A stretch of DNA of 64,000 bases from Methanocaldococcus sp. 28A (lineage in GTDB: Archaea > AGJL01 > Methanococci > Methanococcales > Methanocaldococcaceae). Numbering within the stretch: the first letter of the stretch is position 1; every line of letters starts with the position of its first letter. Made by a program: the position numbers and the translations under genes. The DNA lies in the NCBI GenBank assembly GCA_049852185.1, contig CP187540.1, one strand, 5' to 3'. This document shows, one piece after another, positions 52,035 to 63,388 of this stretch. The notes beneath the pieces are model-generated. The model was not told the DNA's origin and searched no databases. It saw only the letters and a list, made by a program, of their open reading frames with translations.

Positions 52035-53003
52035 TTGGGGGTTATTATGTTTAATGATGAAGATACTAAAATAATTGATGAAATTTATAAAGAAGGTTAT
52101 TTATTTGCTCAATATGGAATCTACATAAAGAAAAAATTTAAAGAAAAAATTTTTAAAATTCCAGTTGATATAGGGCTTGGCTGTCCTCACAAAAAAAATG
52201 ATGGATGTATTTTTTGCCCAGAAATGGGAAGGCCGATATCTGTTAAATACTGCAATGCAAAAATTCCATTAAAAGAGCAGATTGAAAAACAAATGGAAAA
52301 TCAAAAAAAGAAGGGGTTTAAAAAATTCTATATCTATTTCTATCCTGGAACTAATACCTATGCTCCAGTAGAAAAACTAAAAGAAATTTGGGATTTTTGT
52401 TTATCTTATAAAGATGTTATTGGATTATCTATAGGCACAAGACCTGATTGCTTAGAGAAAGAAAAACTTGATATATTAGCTGAGTATGTTGAAAATGGCT
52501 ATGACATTTGGATAGATTTAGGGATTCAAAGTATGCATCAAAAAACTCTTGAAATTTTAAATAGAGGGCATAATGTATCTGATATAATAAGAGCTATAAA
52601 GGAATGCCATAAAAGGGAAATAAAAGTTTGTGGGCATATAATTTTAGCTCTACCTGGGGAAACTTGGATAGAGATGATGGAAACTGCAAAAATTTTATCT
52701 ATATTAGAAATTGAAGCTGTTAAAATTTATCCATTAGTTGTTGTTAAAGGCACAAAATTAGAAGAATTATATTGGAAAGGAGAATATAGAACGTTAGATG
52801 AAAAACAATATATAGCTTTAGTTTGTGATTTTTTAGAACATCTCTCTCCTTATGTGCTAATTCAGAGATTATCCAAAGATAAAGTTCCAGAAAATATTAA
52901 AATCTCTCCAGAATGGGATTTAAGTAGAATTAAGGTTATGAATAAAGTAAATGAAGTGTTGAGAAAAAGAGGAACTAAGCAGGGGGCTAAATATATCCTT
53001 TAA
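52035..53003 (+). CDS. Radical SAM protein (YhcC/TIGR01212-like)
   Basis: GCP....GCIFC, TNTY, IGTRPD, GIQS, HIILALPGE. Confidence 0.85.
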   Translation: MGVIMFNDEDTKIIDEIYKEGYLFAQYGIYIKKKFKEKIFKIPVDIGLGCPHKKNDGCIFCPEMGRPISVKYCNAKIPLKEQIEKQMENQKKKGFKKFYIYFYPGTNTYAPVEKLKEIWDFCLSYKDVIGLSIGTRPDCLEKEKLDILAEYVENGYDIWIDLGIQSMHQKTLEILNRGHNVSDIIRAIKECHKREIKVCGHIILALPGETWIEMMETAKILSILEIEAVKIYPLVVVKGTKLEELYWKGEYRTLDEKQYIALVCDFLEHLSPYVLIQRLSKDKVPENIKISPEWDLSRIKVMNKVNEVLRKRGTKQGAKYIL

Positions 53004-53004
53004 T

Positions 53005-54012
53005 CTATTCATCATCAATCCCATAAGGATTTTTGCTATAGTATTCAACTGTTTTTAATGCAGAGCTTACAACCATTTCTCTAATGTTTGGAATCTCTTC
53101 TTCCAATTTTTCTAAAATTTCATGACATCTTCTCCTAATACTATCTCCTCTATCTCTACTGTATGGGCAGATATCTTTATCTCTATAATATTCTATTCCA
53201 CACTCTTCAAGGGCTTTTATTATATCCCTCTCCAACACAGGAAGCATAGGTCTAATTATTGTGCATTCCTCCAAAGGTATTTTAAAGCTTTGATAATCAA
53301 CTATATTGGATTTAAATCTTGTTAATGGCCTCATAAACTTTAATCTCTCCCCTTTAAAGATATTTGCTAAGACTGTATCTGAGTTGTCATCTAAATTATG
53401 CCCATAAGCTAATTTAACCTTTTCATAAGGAATATTCTCTTTTTCAGCAATTTCCTTAGCCAATTTTCCTAATAAATGCCTTTTAATTACAGAGCAAGAG
53501 AAGCATGGTGAAAATTCCATTCCTTTTGAATTTTTTGTTAATATTTCAGATAGCTCTACAACATCCAAATCATTTTTTAATAATAAATGAGGAACATCAA
53601 GCATTTCACAGTGGTGTTTTATTAACTTAACTCCTTCTGTATTCTCTTTCCATGGTCTAACTCCTCCAATATTCACATCCACAGTCACAGCTATTAATTT
53701 TATTCCATATTTCCTTCTATAAACCTCCAATAAATGTAATAATAATAAACTATCCTTTCCTCCACTTAATCCAACTATAACAACATCCCTTGGAGCTATA
53801 ATTTTATGCTTATTAATAAACCTCCCAACCTTTGTTGATACATATTCATAAGTTTTTGAATACACTACTGGAATTCCAAACTCTTCCTCAATTTTATCCA
53901 TCTTTGTTCTTGATAATCGTGCCATTCTCTTGTTATTAACTAAAATTTTATCCTTTCTTATTGTTAAAAAGAATGGATTTGCATATTTCTTTAAATCTCT
54001 TAAATTAATCAT
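53005..54012 (-). CDS. TtcA/TtuA-like PP-loop tRNA thiolation family ATPase
   Basis: SGGKDS, PCFSCS, GHNLDD, IIRP, CPY. Confidence 0.85.
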   Translation of the reverse strand: MINLRDLKKYANPFFLTIRKDKILVNNKRMARLSRTKMDKIEEEFGIPVVYSKTYEYVSTKVGRFINKHKIIAPRDVVIVGLSGGKDSLLLLHLLEVYRRKYGIKLIAVTVDVNIGGVRPWKENTEGVKLIKHHCEMLDVPHLLLKNDLDVVELSEILTKNSKGMEFSPCFSCSVIKRHLLGKLAKEIAEKENIPYEKVKLAYGHNLDDNSDTVLANIFKGERLKFMRPLTRFKSNIVDYQSFKIPLEECTIIRPMLPVLERDIIKALEECGIEYYRDKDICPYSRDRGDSIRRRCHEILEKLEEEIPNIREMVVSSALKTVEYYSKNPYGIDDE

Positions 54013-54039
54013 TATAATCCCTCTAATATTGGTTTTAAA

Positions 54040-54130
54040 TAGGATTTCCGCACTCCTTATAATAATAAGGAAAAAATGATGCCAAAGGCCTCAAACATGT
54101 CATATAATATTTATTTCTGCGAAAATCCTA
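54040..54130. mobile_element. MITE family 1, 91 bp, TSD tttaaa
   Basis: taggatttccgca...tgcgaaaatccta with tttaaa at 54034-54039 and 54131-54136. Confidence 0.85.
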
Positions 54131-55593
54131 TTTAAATTAACATTTCTCTCTAAAACTTCAGCAAAGTAATTTAAACTTTTTTCTATACTATCTTTATATG
54201 CATCTCCATCAATTTCCTCTAATCCCTTCCTCTTTCTAATCAAATTAATAATATAATTTCTAAACTCATAATTTTCAAATATTCCATGGAAGTATGTTCC
54301 TATAGCCAATCCATCACCAAATTTCTTAATAGCTCCATCAAAACCGTTTCCACAATTTCCAAAGCCTCTTTCAATTTTTATGAGAGGTTTTTCTTTTGAA
54401 ATAGTATAACCTTCATGTATCTCATAGCCTTTAACGTTGAATCTCTTATTATCTATATCTAAATAACCATAAGAGTTCTTAACTACTTTATCATTTCCAA
54501 AGTATGTTTTTGCATCAAATATTTTTAAGCCCTCAATATCTCCAACATCTGATTCTTTCTTATCTTTATCAATCAACTCTTTTCCTAAAACTTGATATCC
54601 CCCACATATACCAATAACAATCCCTCCTTCTTTTAAAAATTCTAAAACTTTTTCATCAAAGTTGTTTTCTTTTAGATAATAAGCTTCTTTAGTAGAGCTT
54701 CTTGTTCCTGGAAGTATTAAAATATCTCCAGTTATATCATCATCAAAGTCAATAAACTTTATAAATGCATCATACCTTAGAGGGTCTAAGTCTGTAAAGT
54801 TAGATATCTTTGAGAATCTAACAACGTTAATTTCTACTCCACTTTTTGCATTTCCAAAACTTCTCATACTCTGCAAAACTTGACTATCTTCCTCTGGTAA
54901 AACAAGGTTTTCATCATAAGGTAATATACCTAAAACAGGAACACCAGTTAATTCTTCAATTTTTTCAATTCCTTCTTTTAAAACCTCTGCATTTCCTCTA
55001 AATTTATTTATAATTATTCCTTTAATAAGCTTCCTCCAATTTTCAGGCAATAGTTTTATGGTTCCATATATTGAGGCAAAAACTCCCCCCCTATCAATAT
55101 CCGCCACTAATATAGCTTTGGCATCAACCATCTCTGCTATCCTTAAATTTGCTATATCATCCTTCAACAAATTTATCTCACAACAACTTCCTGCTCCTTC
55201 CATAATAACATAATCATATTCTTTATCCAAAATATCCAAACTTTCTTTAATTTTTTTTATAAAAAAACTCTTATTTTTTCTATATTCATTGTAATCCATA
55301 TCCTTGTATGGCCTTCCATGGACTATAACTTGAGATATAAAATTACCTTTTGGTTTTAATAAAATTGGGTTAAAATGGACTGACGGCTCTACTCTACAAG
55401 CTAAGCTTTGAGTATATTGAGCTATAGCTATTTCTCCATCCTCCTTTGCTACTCTTGAATTTAAACTCATATTTTGAGATTTAAAAGGAGCTACCTTATA
55501 TCCTCTATTTGCTAAAATTCTACATAATCCTGCAGTTATTGTTGTTTTTCCACTGTTTGAAGAGGTTCCAACAACCATTATAAACTCTGCCAT
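54100..55593 (-). CDS. cobQ: Cobyric acid synthase
   Basis: [49 protein letters not shown]. Confidence 0.96.
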   Translation of the reverse strand: MAEFIMVVGTSSNSGKTTITAGLCRILANRGYKVAPFKSQNMSLNSRVAKEDGEIAIAQYTQSLACRVEPSVHFNPILLKPKGNFISQVIVHGRPYKDMDYNEYRKNKSFFIKKIKESLDILDKEYDYVIMEGAGSCCEINLLKDDIANLRIAEMVDAKAILVADIDRGGVFASIYGTIKLLPENWRKLIKGIIINKFRGNAEVLKEGIEKIEELTGVPVLGILPYDENLVLPEEDSQVLQSMRSFGNAKSGVEINVVRFSKISNFTDLDPLRYDAFIKFIDFDDDITGDILILPGTRSSTKEAYYLKENNFDEKVLEFLKEGGIVIGICGGYQVLGKELIDKDKKESDVGDIEGLKIFDAKTYFGNDKVVKNSYGYLDIDNKRFNVKGYEIHEGYTISKEKPLIKIERGFGNCGNGFDGAIKKFGDGLAIGTYFHGIFENYEFRNYIINLIRKRKGLEEIDGDAYKDSIEKSLNYFAEVLERNVNLNRIFAEINII

Positions 55594-55675
55594 AGTGTCA
55601 CCGAAGGTTTTATAATCAAAAACTAAAATTTTAGGTTATAGACTATCTTTAAATTATTCATTAAATATCTTTTGT

Positions 55676-56656
55676 GTGATAGTCATGTTTGATTTAGAAA
55701 CAGAAAGAGTTATAAAAGAAATTGAAAATTTAAATAAAAAGAAACCAAAAGTAGTTTTTCAAGCTCCAGAAGGTTTAAAATTATCTGTTGAAAAAGAAAT
55801 TGAAAAAATTAAAAGATATTTTAAAGAGAAGGGAAAAGAAATTGAGATATATCTATGGGGAAATACTTGCTTTGGTGCGTGTGATTTAATAGATAGTCAT
55901 GTCAAAAACCTAAATATTGATTTAATTATACATTACGGGCATGAAAAATTAAGCTATGCAAAGCCAGAGATTAAAACACTCTTTATTCCTGCCTATCATT
56001 TATTTGATAAAGATGAAGAAGAGAAAATTTTGAATGATATAAAAGAATTTATAGAAAAACATGAAAATGAAGGAAAAAAGGTAAGTTTAGCAACAACCAT
56101 ACAATATAAAAAACTTTTAAAGGATTTCAATCCAAGTATAATCTTAGGTTGCAGAGGGGAAGTTAAAGAAGGGGATGTTATATTATTTATAGGAACTGGG
56201 AGGTTTCATCCCCTAATGCTTGCTTACAAATACCAAAAAGAGGTTTTTATATACAATCCTGTATCTAAATGCTTTGATAGGATATATGAAGAAGAGATTA
56301 ACAAGTTTATTAAAAAGAGAATTTCAGCAATATCTAAATTAATTCTAAATATGCCAAAAAAAGTAGGGGTTGTTTTATCAACAAAAAAAGGACAATTTAG
56401 AAAAAAGATTTTTGATGAGATTATAAAATTATTAGAAAAAAACAATATCAACTATATCTCAATAATTGTAGATAACATCTCTCCAGATATTTTATTCTAT
56501 GATGTTGATTGCTATATAATAGTTGCATGTCCAAGGGTTGTGTTAGATGACTATATATTATACAAAAAACCAATTTATACTCCAGAAGAATTCAAACTCT
56601 TCATAGAAAATAGCTTTGAATATAAGTTTGATGAAATTAAAGAAAGTGATTTTTAA
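55676..56656 (+). CDS. dph2: Diphthamide biosynthesis enzyme Dph2
   Basis: QAPEGLK, CFGACD, HYGH, ILGC, GTGRFH, ACPR. Confidence 0.93.
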   Translation: MIVMFDLETERVIKEIENLNKKKPKVVFQAPEGLKLSVEKEIEKIKRYFKEKGKEIEIYLWGNTCFGACDLIDSHVKNLNIDLIIHYGHEKLSYAKPEIKTLFIPAYHLFDKDEEEKILNDIKEFIEKHENEGKKVSLATTIQYKKLLKDFNPSIILGCRGEVKEGDVILFIGTGRFHPLMLAYKYQKEVFIYNPVSKCFDRIYEEEINKFIKKRISAISKLILNMPKKVGVVLSTKKGQFRKKIFDEIIKLLEKNNINYISIIVDNISPDILFYDVDCYIIVACPRVVLDDYILYKKPIYTPEEFKLFIENSFEYKFDEIKESDF

Positions 56657-56679
56657 GTTTCCATCCTTGTTTTAATAAA

Positions 56680-56787
56680 CCCATAGAGGGGGCAAAGCCC
56701 CCTCTATTGGTATACTCCCCGCACCATAGGGCTTCGCCCTATTGGTATACCCGGGATGCATTGCCTCGCTTCGCTTGGCAATGCCTC
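56680..56787. repeat. 108-bp GC-rich three-hairpin element (HgcC/MJRE-like) in the trailer repeat
   Basis: Hairpins atagagggggc-aaa-gccccctctat, atagggc-ttc-gccctat and gcattgcc...ggcaatgc; flanked by ttaataaa at 56672-56679 and 56788-56795. Confidence 0.8.
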
Positions 56788-56937
56788 TTAATAAATGCTA
56801 TTAAAAAACAGTTTCCATCCTTGTTTTAATGGACTAACGATTCAAACGGGACGACAGGTAAATATATATATTGATTTAAATGAGTTTCCATCCTTATTTT
56901 AATGGACTACTTATTCAAACTTGAACATGGTGATATT

Positions 56938-57234
56938 ATGAATAAAACAATTAAGTTAGTTATATTTATATTTTTGTGGATAATGGTATTAATGTTAATT
57001 TCGGTTATTGGAGTAATATACGATAATAATATTCATATATTACTATTATTGGCGGTATGTTTTTGGCTTTGGATAATTTTTGGGATATATTTAGTAATGA
57101 AATGGTTGTATAAATCTGGGTTGATATGGATTATATTGCTTGTAATTTTATCAGCAATATTTCCATTATTTGGATTAATTATAATTTTAGTGTTGATATT
57201 ATATTCTATATTATCATCAGATGGGGGAGTCTAA
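56938..57234 (+). CDS. 98-aa hydrophobic (~3 TM) protein encoded inside the CRISPR array
   Basis: RBS ggtgat before ATG 56938; uninterrupted ORF lying between repeats 56884 and 57314. Confidence 0.65.
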   Translation: MNKTIKLVIFIFLWIMVLMLISVIGVIYDNNIHILLLLAVCFWLWIIFGIYLVMKWLYKSGLIWIILLVILSAIFPLFGLIIILVLILYSILSSDGGV

Positions 57235-57958
57235 TGATTGATTTGTGTGATGAGAAAAATTTATAATTTTTGTTTTTGATTGCAATTTTATTTATTTGTT
57301 TGGTTTGTATTTAGTTTCCATCCTTATTTTAATGGACTAACGATTCAAACCGGAGATATAGATATATCTAAAGAAGATTCTATATTAGATATAAGTTTCC
57401 ATCCTTATTTTAATGGACTAACGATTCAAACTAGGCGATAAAGTTATTGTTGGAAATTCTGATGAATAGTTTCCATCCTTATTTTAATGGACTAACGATT
57501 CAAACATTATACAGAGATTATAAAGATGCAATAAATTTCACAAATGAAAGTTTCCATCCTTATTTTAATGGACTAACGATTCAAACTTATTCCAGATATA
57601 AAATTTAAGGATTTGGAAAATTGGTTTCCATCCTTATTTTAATGGACTAACGATTCAAACACTCCCCTAACGCCGATAATAACGAACCGAGAGAGAGTTT
57701 CCATCCTTATTTTAATGGACTAACGATTCAAACTGTCTATAAAACCTAAGTATTTCCTCATAATAGCCAGTTTCCATCCTTATTTTAATGGACTAACGAT
57801 TCAAACGTATCCAGATTCCATAAAAATAATGATTACGAGAGACGAATGTTTCCATCCTTATTTTAATGGACTAACGATTCAAACAAGCTTATAATAATAA
57901 CGAATTAGGACACAATAACGAGTTTCCATCCTTATTTTAATGGACTAACGATTCAAAC

Positions 57959-58300
57959 CCTACCAACTATTACCTATTTAATACACAAACTCCTATATAA
58001 ATCTTTCTTTTTAACATCGATTTTTCTGACTGCCCAATTATTGAAACCTTTATAAGAGTAAGAAAGATTGTGCAAACTCTTTATAAATAAAATGCACAAC
58101 CATAAACAAAAATCTCAATAATCAGACATTATTTTATATAAAATAAATCTTATTTATCTATAAAATCTACACAATAAAAACAAATAACAAAAATCTCTAA
58201 AAAATCTAAATTTTAATCAGAAAAAATTAGTAATACTTTTTATCAATTTTCTAGTACCAAAATTAAGGCAGGGGTATATAAAAGCAAGAAAGTAAAATTA
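57959..58300 (-). promoter_or_regulatory. CRISPR leader with BRE/TATA
   Basis: AT-rich and non-coding. Minus strand aaagaaagatttatatagg lies at ~57992-58010, pointing into the array. The right boundary is approximate. Confidence 0.75.
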
Positions 58301-58476
58301 ATATTTCTAATGCCTAAATTAAGTTTTTTAATAAATAACAAAATACACTTTGTCCTTATAAAAGTTTATTTTATTTTGCACAAAACTACAATTAACCAGA
58401 ATAAATAAAAATAAATATCAAATATTTAAATTTTAACTCAAAAATTTTATATCCACAAAGCAAAACTTAAATATTT

Positions 58477-58773
58477 TTAACAGAATGTCCTATTTGTTGC
58501 TGGTATGCAAAGAGTTTCATTACAGTTTGGACATGTTATAGTAACTTTATCTTTTTCATAGTATGCTTTAAATGGTTTTTTACAATATGGGCAGAAATAT
58601 ATCCTTCCACCAGTTTCTTTACACTCCCCAACTTCCCCAACTGTTGGATATCTTTCAAAAGTAATTTTACTTTCTTTATTTTGGTATTTAAAAAATTTTT
58701 CAACTAAATTTAAGTAAATATTAACTGCAACTTCATTTACACAATCTTTTCCACAGTATGGACAATTATACAT
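58477..58773 (-). CDS. Small Cys-rich zinc-finger protein
   Basis: CPYC, CPYC and CPNC motifs; RBS gaggtga. Confidence 0.8.
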   Translation of the reverse strand: MYNCPYCGKDCVNEVAVNIYLNLVEKFFKYQNKESKITFERYPTVGEVGECKETGGRIYFCPYCKKPFKAYYEKDKVTITCPNCNETLCIPATNRTFC

Positions 58774-58866
58774 AAAATCACCTCAAAAACTTATTTATTG
58801 TTATTTGTTATTTATAATATTCTATACATTTATATTATAAATATATTCCGTTTCATTTAACAATGT

Positions 58867-59508
58867 TTGTTCATGGTTTTTCATTACAATGTTGGTGAAA
58901 TCATGTGGAAAAAGTTGGAAAGCTTAACCAGTAAAATTTACGAAAAGGCGAGAAAAAAAAAGGGAGAACATAGAATTGCACTATTAATTGATGGTCCAAA
59001 CATGCTTAGAAAAGAATTTAATATTGATTTAGATAAAATTAGAGAAGTTTTAAGTGAATTTGGTGATATTGTTATAGGGAGAGTATATTTAAATCAATAT
59101 GCATCAGATAAGTTGATAGAAGCTGTTATAAACCAAGGTTTTGAACCAAAAATATCTGCTGGAGATGTTGATGTTGAAATGGCTGTAGATGCTACTGAAC
59201 TCGTTTTTAATCAGAATATAGATACTATAGCTTATGTAACAAGAGATGCTGACTTTCTTCCAGCTATTAGAAAAGCAAAAGAGAGGGGAAAAAAGGTTAT
59301 AGTCATTGGAGCTGAACCAGGTTTTTCTACAGCTTTACAGAATATCGCCGACTATGTTATCAAAATTGGGGAAGAATTTCAATTAGATAGAGAAAAATTA
59401 GAGAAAAAGAAAAAAAGCAAATTTTTAAAGGTTGAAGAAAAACCAGAAAATAATGAAGTAGATAATAAAAAAGATGAAAAAAATAAAACCATTCATCTAA
59501 TTAATTAA
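58867..59508 (+). CDS. NYN-domain (PIN-like) protein
   Basis: LLIDGPN, DVDV..AVD, TRDADF.P; the true start is probably MWKK at 58903. Confidence 0.88.
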   Translation: MFMVFHYNVGEIMWKKLESLTSKIYEKARKKKGEHRIALLIDGPNMLRKEFNIDLDKIREVLSEFGDIVIGRVYLNQYASDKLIEAVINQGFEPKISAGDVDVEMAVDATELVFNQNIDTIAYVTRDADFLPAIRKAKERGKKVIVIGAEPGFSTALQNIADYVIKIGEEFQLDREKLEKKKKSKFLKVEEKPENNEVDNKKDEKNKTIHLIN

Positions 59509-59518
59509 ATAATAATTA

Positions 59519-60115
59519 TTATTTTATTCCTAATATTTTTCTTAAGACTGTTGATATTGCAAACGAACAGAGTATATACCAACCTAACCATCCTAAGGCA
59601 GTGTTAGAAACTATTTTAAAACCTCCTTTATATAATATAGAACCAAGCCAATGCCAAAAATCAACAAACAAAATTTTTGACAATATTGTTGGTAAATATA
59701 CCACAACACCATTCCAATTTGGATTCAGCTCTTGATATATTCCACCAAATCCATAAACATGCCTTAAATAAATAAATATCAAAATTATTGGAATCCAGGT
59801 GTATATCATTGGTTTAAGACTCATTTTCATTAATTCAGCGTTAAGTTGCATAATTCTCTGATATTCTTCCTGGAGTTTTTCTGCCATTTCAGGATTTTTA
59901 GCCATCTTTTTAGATTTTACTTGGAATTCTTGAATCTCTCTTTTTAGCTCTGCCACTCTTTCCTGGTCAACTAAAAGTTTTGTAGCTATATTGATAATTA
60001 GAGATACGATTATTGCAATAATTAAAATTGCCAATGCAGGATGTAAAACTTTTATTATAGGCATGAAAATTGCATCTAACGTACTATAGTAGATATTTGT
60101 TATGGTTTCAAACAT
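59519..60115 (-). CDS. EMC3/TMCO1 (DUF106) membrane insertase
   Basis: Coiled coil, [15 protein letters not shown]; located next to secY-adk. Confidence 0.88.
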   Translation of the reverse strand: MFETITNIYYSTLDAIFMPIIKVLHPALAILIIAIIVSLIINIATKLLVDQERVAELKREIQEFQVKSKKMAKNPEMAEKLQEEYQRIMQLNAELMKMSLKPMIYTWIPIILIFIYLRHVYGFGGIYQELNPNWNGVVVYLPTILSKILFVDFWHWLGSILYKGGFKIVSNTALGWLGWYILCSFAISTVLRKILGIK

Positions 60116-60167
60116 ATATTCACCTTAAAATAGTTATTTAATATAAAAAATTAAAAATTTAAAGAAT

Positions 60168-60752
<585 letters not shown>

Positions 60753-60802
60753 TCACCTCACTAAGAATTTTATTAATTTAATTTTTAAGAATTTCAATAA
60801 CT

Positions 60803-62125
60803 TCACTTATTTAACAATTTTGCTATTGATGGGTGTAACTCACTTACCTTATCTTTTAAAATTTGTTCATACATTCTATATACAATTGAGACGGTTAATA
60901 AAACACCTGTACCTCCACCTAAAGCCCCAATAAAATTAGCTATCGCTGCCAAAAACCCTACAAATGCAGCACTCATAACTGTTAGTGGTGGAATGTATCT
61001 TCTTAATCTCTGCTCAATTGCCTTTTCACTCTTTCTAAATCCTTTAATTGCCATACCTAATGAGCCAATTCTCTTAGCCATACTTTTTGGGTCTAATCCT
61101 GTAGTTTCAACCCAGAATATACCAAAGATTATACAAAAGATAATCATTGCTATAATATATACTATAGCATGTAGAGGGTCTGAGATTACACTTGTTAATC
61201 CATAAGGAGTTGATAGATAATAGGCTATCCCATCTATAGGCCTTCCTCCTTCATAATGTCCAAGAATTGGAATTCCTAACCTATATAATGCCAAACCCCA
61301 AAGTTGTATATTTGCAAATAAAGCAGAAGTTAATATAACTGGAATGTTTGAGACATATATAAACTTTATAGGATATTTTCCAACTGCTCCTTTAATTCTT
61401 CCATGTGCTAATGGAATTTCAACTCTTAAACATTCTGCATAAACAACAATTAAGAAAACAATTATTGTCCCAAGTATTGGAGCAATGTATTCAATGTTTG
61501 GCATTCCTTGAATTAATGAATTTAAAAACTTCCATAAATATCCTTCTGGCCCAAATGCTCCAACAAATATAGTTTGTGAAACACCAGCTGCAATAAACAG
61601 CCCTATTCCTGAACCAATTCCATATTTTGAGACTATCTCATCTAAATATATTAAAATTATTGAACCCAAGGCAATCTGAATAATAATTAAAAATGCCAAC
61701 AATGGTGTTAGTGCTCCAAACGCTCCTGCTCCAACAAACAAAACTGCCTCAACAAAACACATTATTATAGATAAAAGCTTTTGACATCCTTGGAACAAAG
61801 CTCTATTTTCTGGAATTGATAAATCCATTTGAATTATTCCAGCTCCAACCAACAACTGCATGATAATTCCAGCTGTAACTATAGGCCCAATACCTAAAGT
61901 AATTAAGGTTCCTATTCTTGAAGCTGTAATTGTTTGCCAAAATTCAAATATGGCTGGAATTTGAGCCCCTGCTGTATAAATGTCTATAGTTCCCATAATG
62001 AAATATAGAACCAAAACTATACCTGTCCATTTAAGCTTTTCTTTAAATGACAATTCCCTAATTGGTAATTCAACCTCTGGAATCTTTTCCAATATTGGAA
62101 CTAATTTTTTCATATATTCTTCCAA
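60803..62125 (-). CDS. secY: Preprotein translocase SecY
   Basis: LGIGPIVTA, GIGSGIGLFI, YVSNIP, GGTGVLLTV. Confidence 0.97.
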   Translation of the reverse strand: MEEYMKKLVPILEKIPEVELPIRELSFKEKLKWTGIVLVLYFIMGTIDIYTAGAQIPAIFEFWQTITASRIGTLITLGIGPIVTAGIIMQLLVGAGIIQMDLSIPENRALFQGCQKLLSIIMCFVEAVLFVGAGAFGALTPLLAFLIIIQIALGSIILIYLDEIVSKYGIGSGIGLFIAAGVSQTIFVGAFGPEGYLWKFLNSLIQGMPNIEYIAPILGTIIVFLIVVYAECLRVEIPLAHGRIKGAVGKYPIKFIYVSNIPVILTSALFANIQLWGLALYRLGIPILGHYEGGRPIDGIAYYLSTPYGLTSVISDPLHAIVYIIAMIIFCIIFGIFWVETTGLDPKSMAKRIGSLGMAIKGFRKSEKAIEQRLRRYIPPLTVMSAAFVGFLAAIANFIGALGGGTGVLLTVSIVYRMYEQILKDKVSELHPSIAKLLNK

Positions 62126-62415
62126 GTTCTCACCTTATTAAGGGATTAAATGAATTTATTAATATATTCTGCCAATATTTTCCTATTTAAACATACTTTT
62201 ATAATAAAATAGACCCATAATAAGTTAAGTAGGAAAATAGAGAATATATTACTAAAATAGTAAAATTCAATCGATTTCTCGTAAATTCTTTTAAGGAAGT
62301 ATTTAAATTTTTAATATATTTAATTTTCTGTAAAAAAAGAGATACTCTCCTCTCATCTAAAAATTTTTCATGTTCAGAATCAAAAATTAAAAATAAAAAG
62401 AAAACTACTAATAAC

Positions 62416-62847
62416 TTAGAGTTCAACAACCTCTCCACCTACTGCCTCAATCTTCTCTTTTGCTTTCTCTGAAACTTCAATTGCTTTAACAATCATTGGA
62501 ATTGTAACTTTTCCTTTACCTAAAACTTTTTCATAACCTAACTCAATTACATCAACAACAAATTTATCATCTTCTTTTTCAAATTTATCAGGGTTTTTCA
62601 ACACAATTTCTTCGAGTTCTCCAACATTTATTGTTTCTAATCTTTTAATTAAGCTTGGGTGTCTCTTGAATCCATACTTTCCGAAGTAGTCAGGCATGTA
62701 TTTTATAATCCATGTCCATTTGTGCTTATGCCCACCTGCCATTCCTCTTCCTCCTCTGTTTCCAGCCCCTCTTCTCTTCTTGTGGCTACCTCCTCCACAA
62801 GTTCTTGAACCTCTAATTTTTTTAACTTTTTTCTTTTTTCTAATCAT
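62416..62847 (-). CDS. rpl15: 50S ribosomal protein L15
   Basis: RGSRTCGGG..K.RRGAG.RGGRGMAG, KVLGKG. Confidence 0.97.
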   Translation of the reverse strand: MIRKKKKVKKIRGSRTCGGGSHKKRRGAGNRGGRGMAGGHKHKWTWIIKYMPDYFGKYGFKRHPSLIKRLETINVGELEEIVLKNPDKFEKEDDKFVVDVIELGYEKVLGKGKVTIPMIVKAIEVSEKAKEKIEAVGGEVVEL

Positions 62848-62858
62848 AAACTACCACC

Positions 62859-63332
62859 CTACATCATTTTTTCTAATAATTCATTAATTTTTTCTCCTCT
62901 GTAACCTAAAGCTCCACCAACACTAAATGGTTTTTTAATTCCTCCTCTTTCAAATCCTTTTCTTGGTGGATGTAATCTAAAGACAGGCTTTAATGGAGTT
63001 TCTTTTAATTTAATTTCTCCTTTTATAATCTTTTCTGCTAGTTCTTCAACATCCATTCCTGTTAATTCCTTTATAATTTCTGGACTAACTCTTTTATTTC
63101 CTGGTAATCTTCCTCTCTTTAAAATTAATTTAACTAATGTGTCCTTATTAATTTCTCCATAAGTTACATAATCTTTAACTTTCTGCAACATTCCTTTAAA
63201 GGTATCTGTTTCTGGAACTATTACACAGTGATTTACTTTGTGTAATCTCAACATTTTTAGAGTATCTGCTATATCTCTTCTTACACCAATTCTCCCTCTT
63301 ATTCTAATAACAGCATAAGCCATATCTATCAC
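62859..63332 (-). CDS. rpl30: 50S ribosomal protein L30
   Basis: [28 protein letters not shown]. Confidence 0.96.
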   Translation of the reverse strand: MIDMAYAVIRIRGRIGVRRDIADTLKMLRLHKVNHCVIVPETDTFKGMLQKVKDYVTYGEINKDTLVKLILKRGRLPGNKRVSPEIIKELTGMDVEELAEKIIKGEIKLKETPLKPVFRLHPPRKGFERGGIKKPFSVGGALGYRGEKINELLEKMM

Positions 63333-63388
63333 CTTATTTAAAATAAAAGTTTTAAAATAGCTCTAATTTTAAAATGAGAAAAGTTAAT

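Larger units (their letters stand above)
56657..57958 (-). CRISPR. Orphan CRISPR array, 37-bp repeat, 11 full repeats plus 1 interrupted trailer repeat
   Basis: gtttccatccttattttaatggactaacgattcaaac at 56811, 56884 (variant), 57314, 57395, 57469, 57550, 57624, 57697, 57770, 57848 and 57922, with a partial copy at 56657. Spacers are 36-44 bp except one of 393 bp. On the minus strand the repeat ends ATGGAAAC. Confidence 0.97.

Noticed and set aside
57661-57696. Spacer shares taacgccgataa..acga with the reverse complement of ~38772-38789
   Set aside because: Only 16 of 18 bases match within a 36-nt spacer and the flanks diverge, which is insufficient for self-targeting.
58867-59508. NYN nuclease and Zn-finger genes near the CRISPR leader as possible cas accessories
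   Set aside because: No Cas or CARF motifs are visible, and the NYN gene looks like a conserved housekeeping neighbour of the secY-adk block.
62199-62438. 79-aa ORF after rpl15
   Set aside because: It overlaps rpl15 out of frame, is low-complexity AT-rich and has no recognisable motif.
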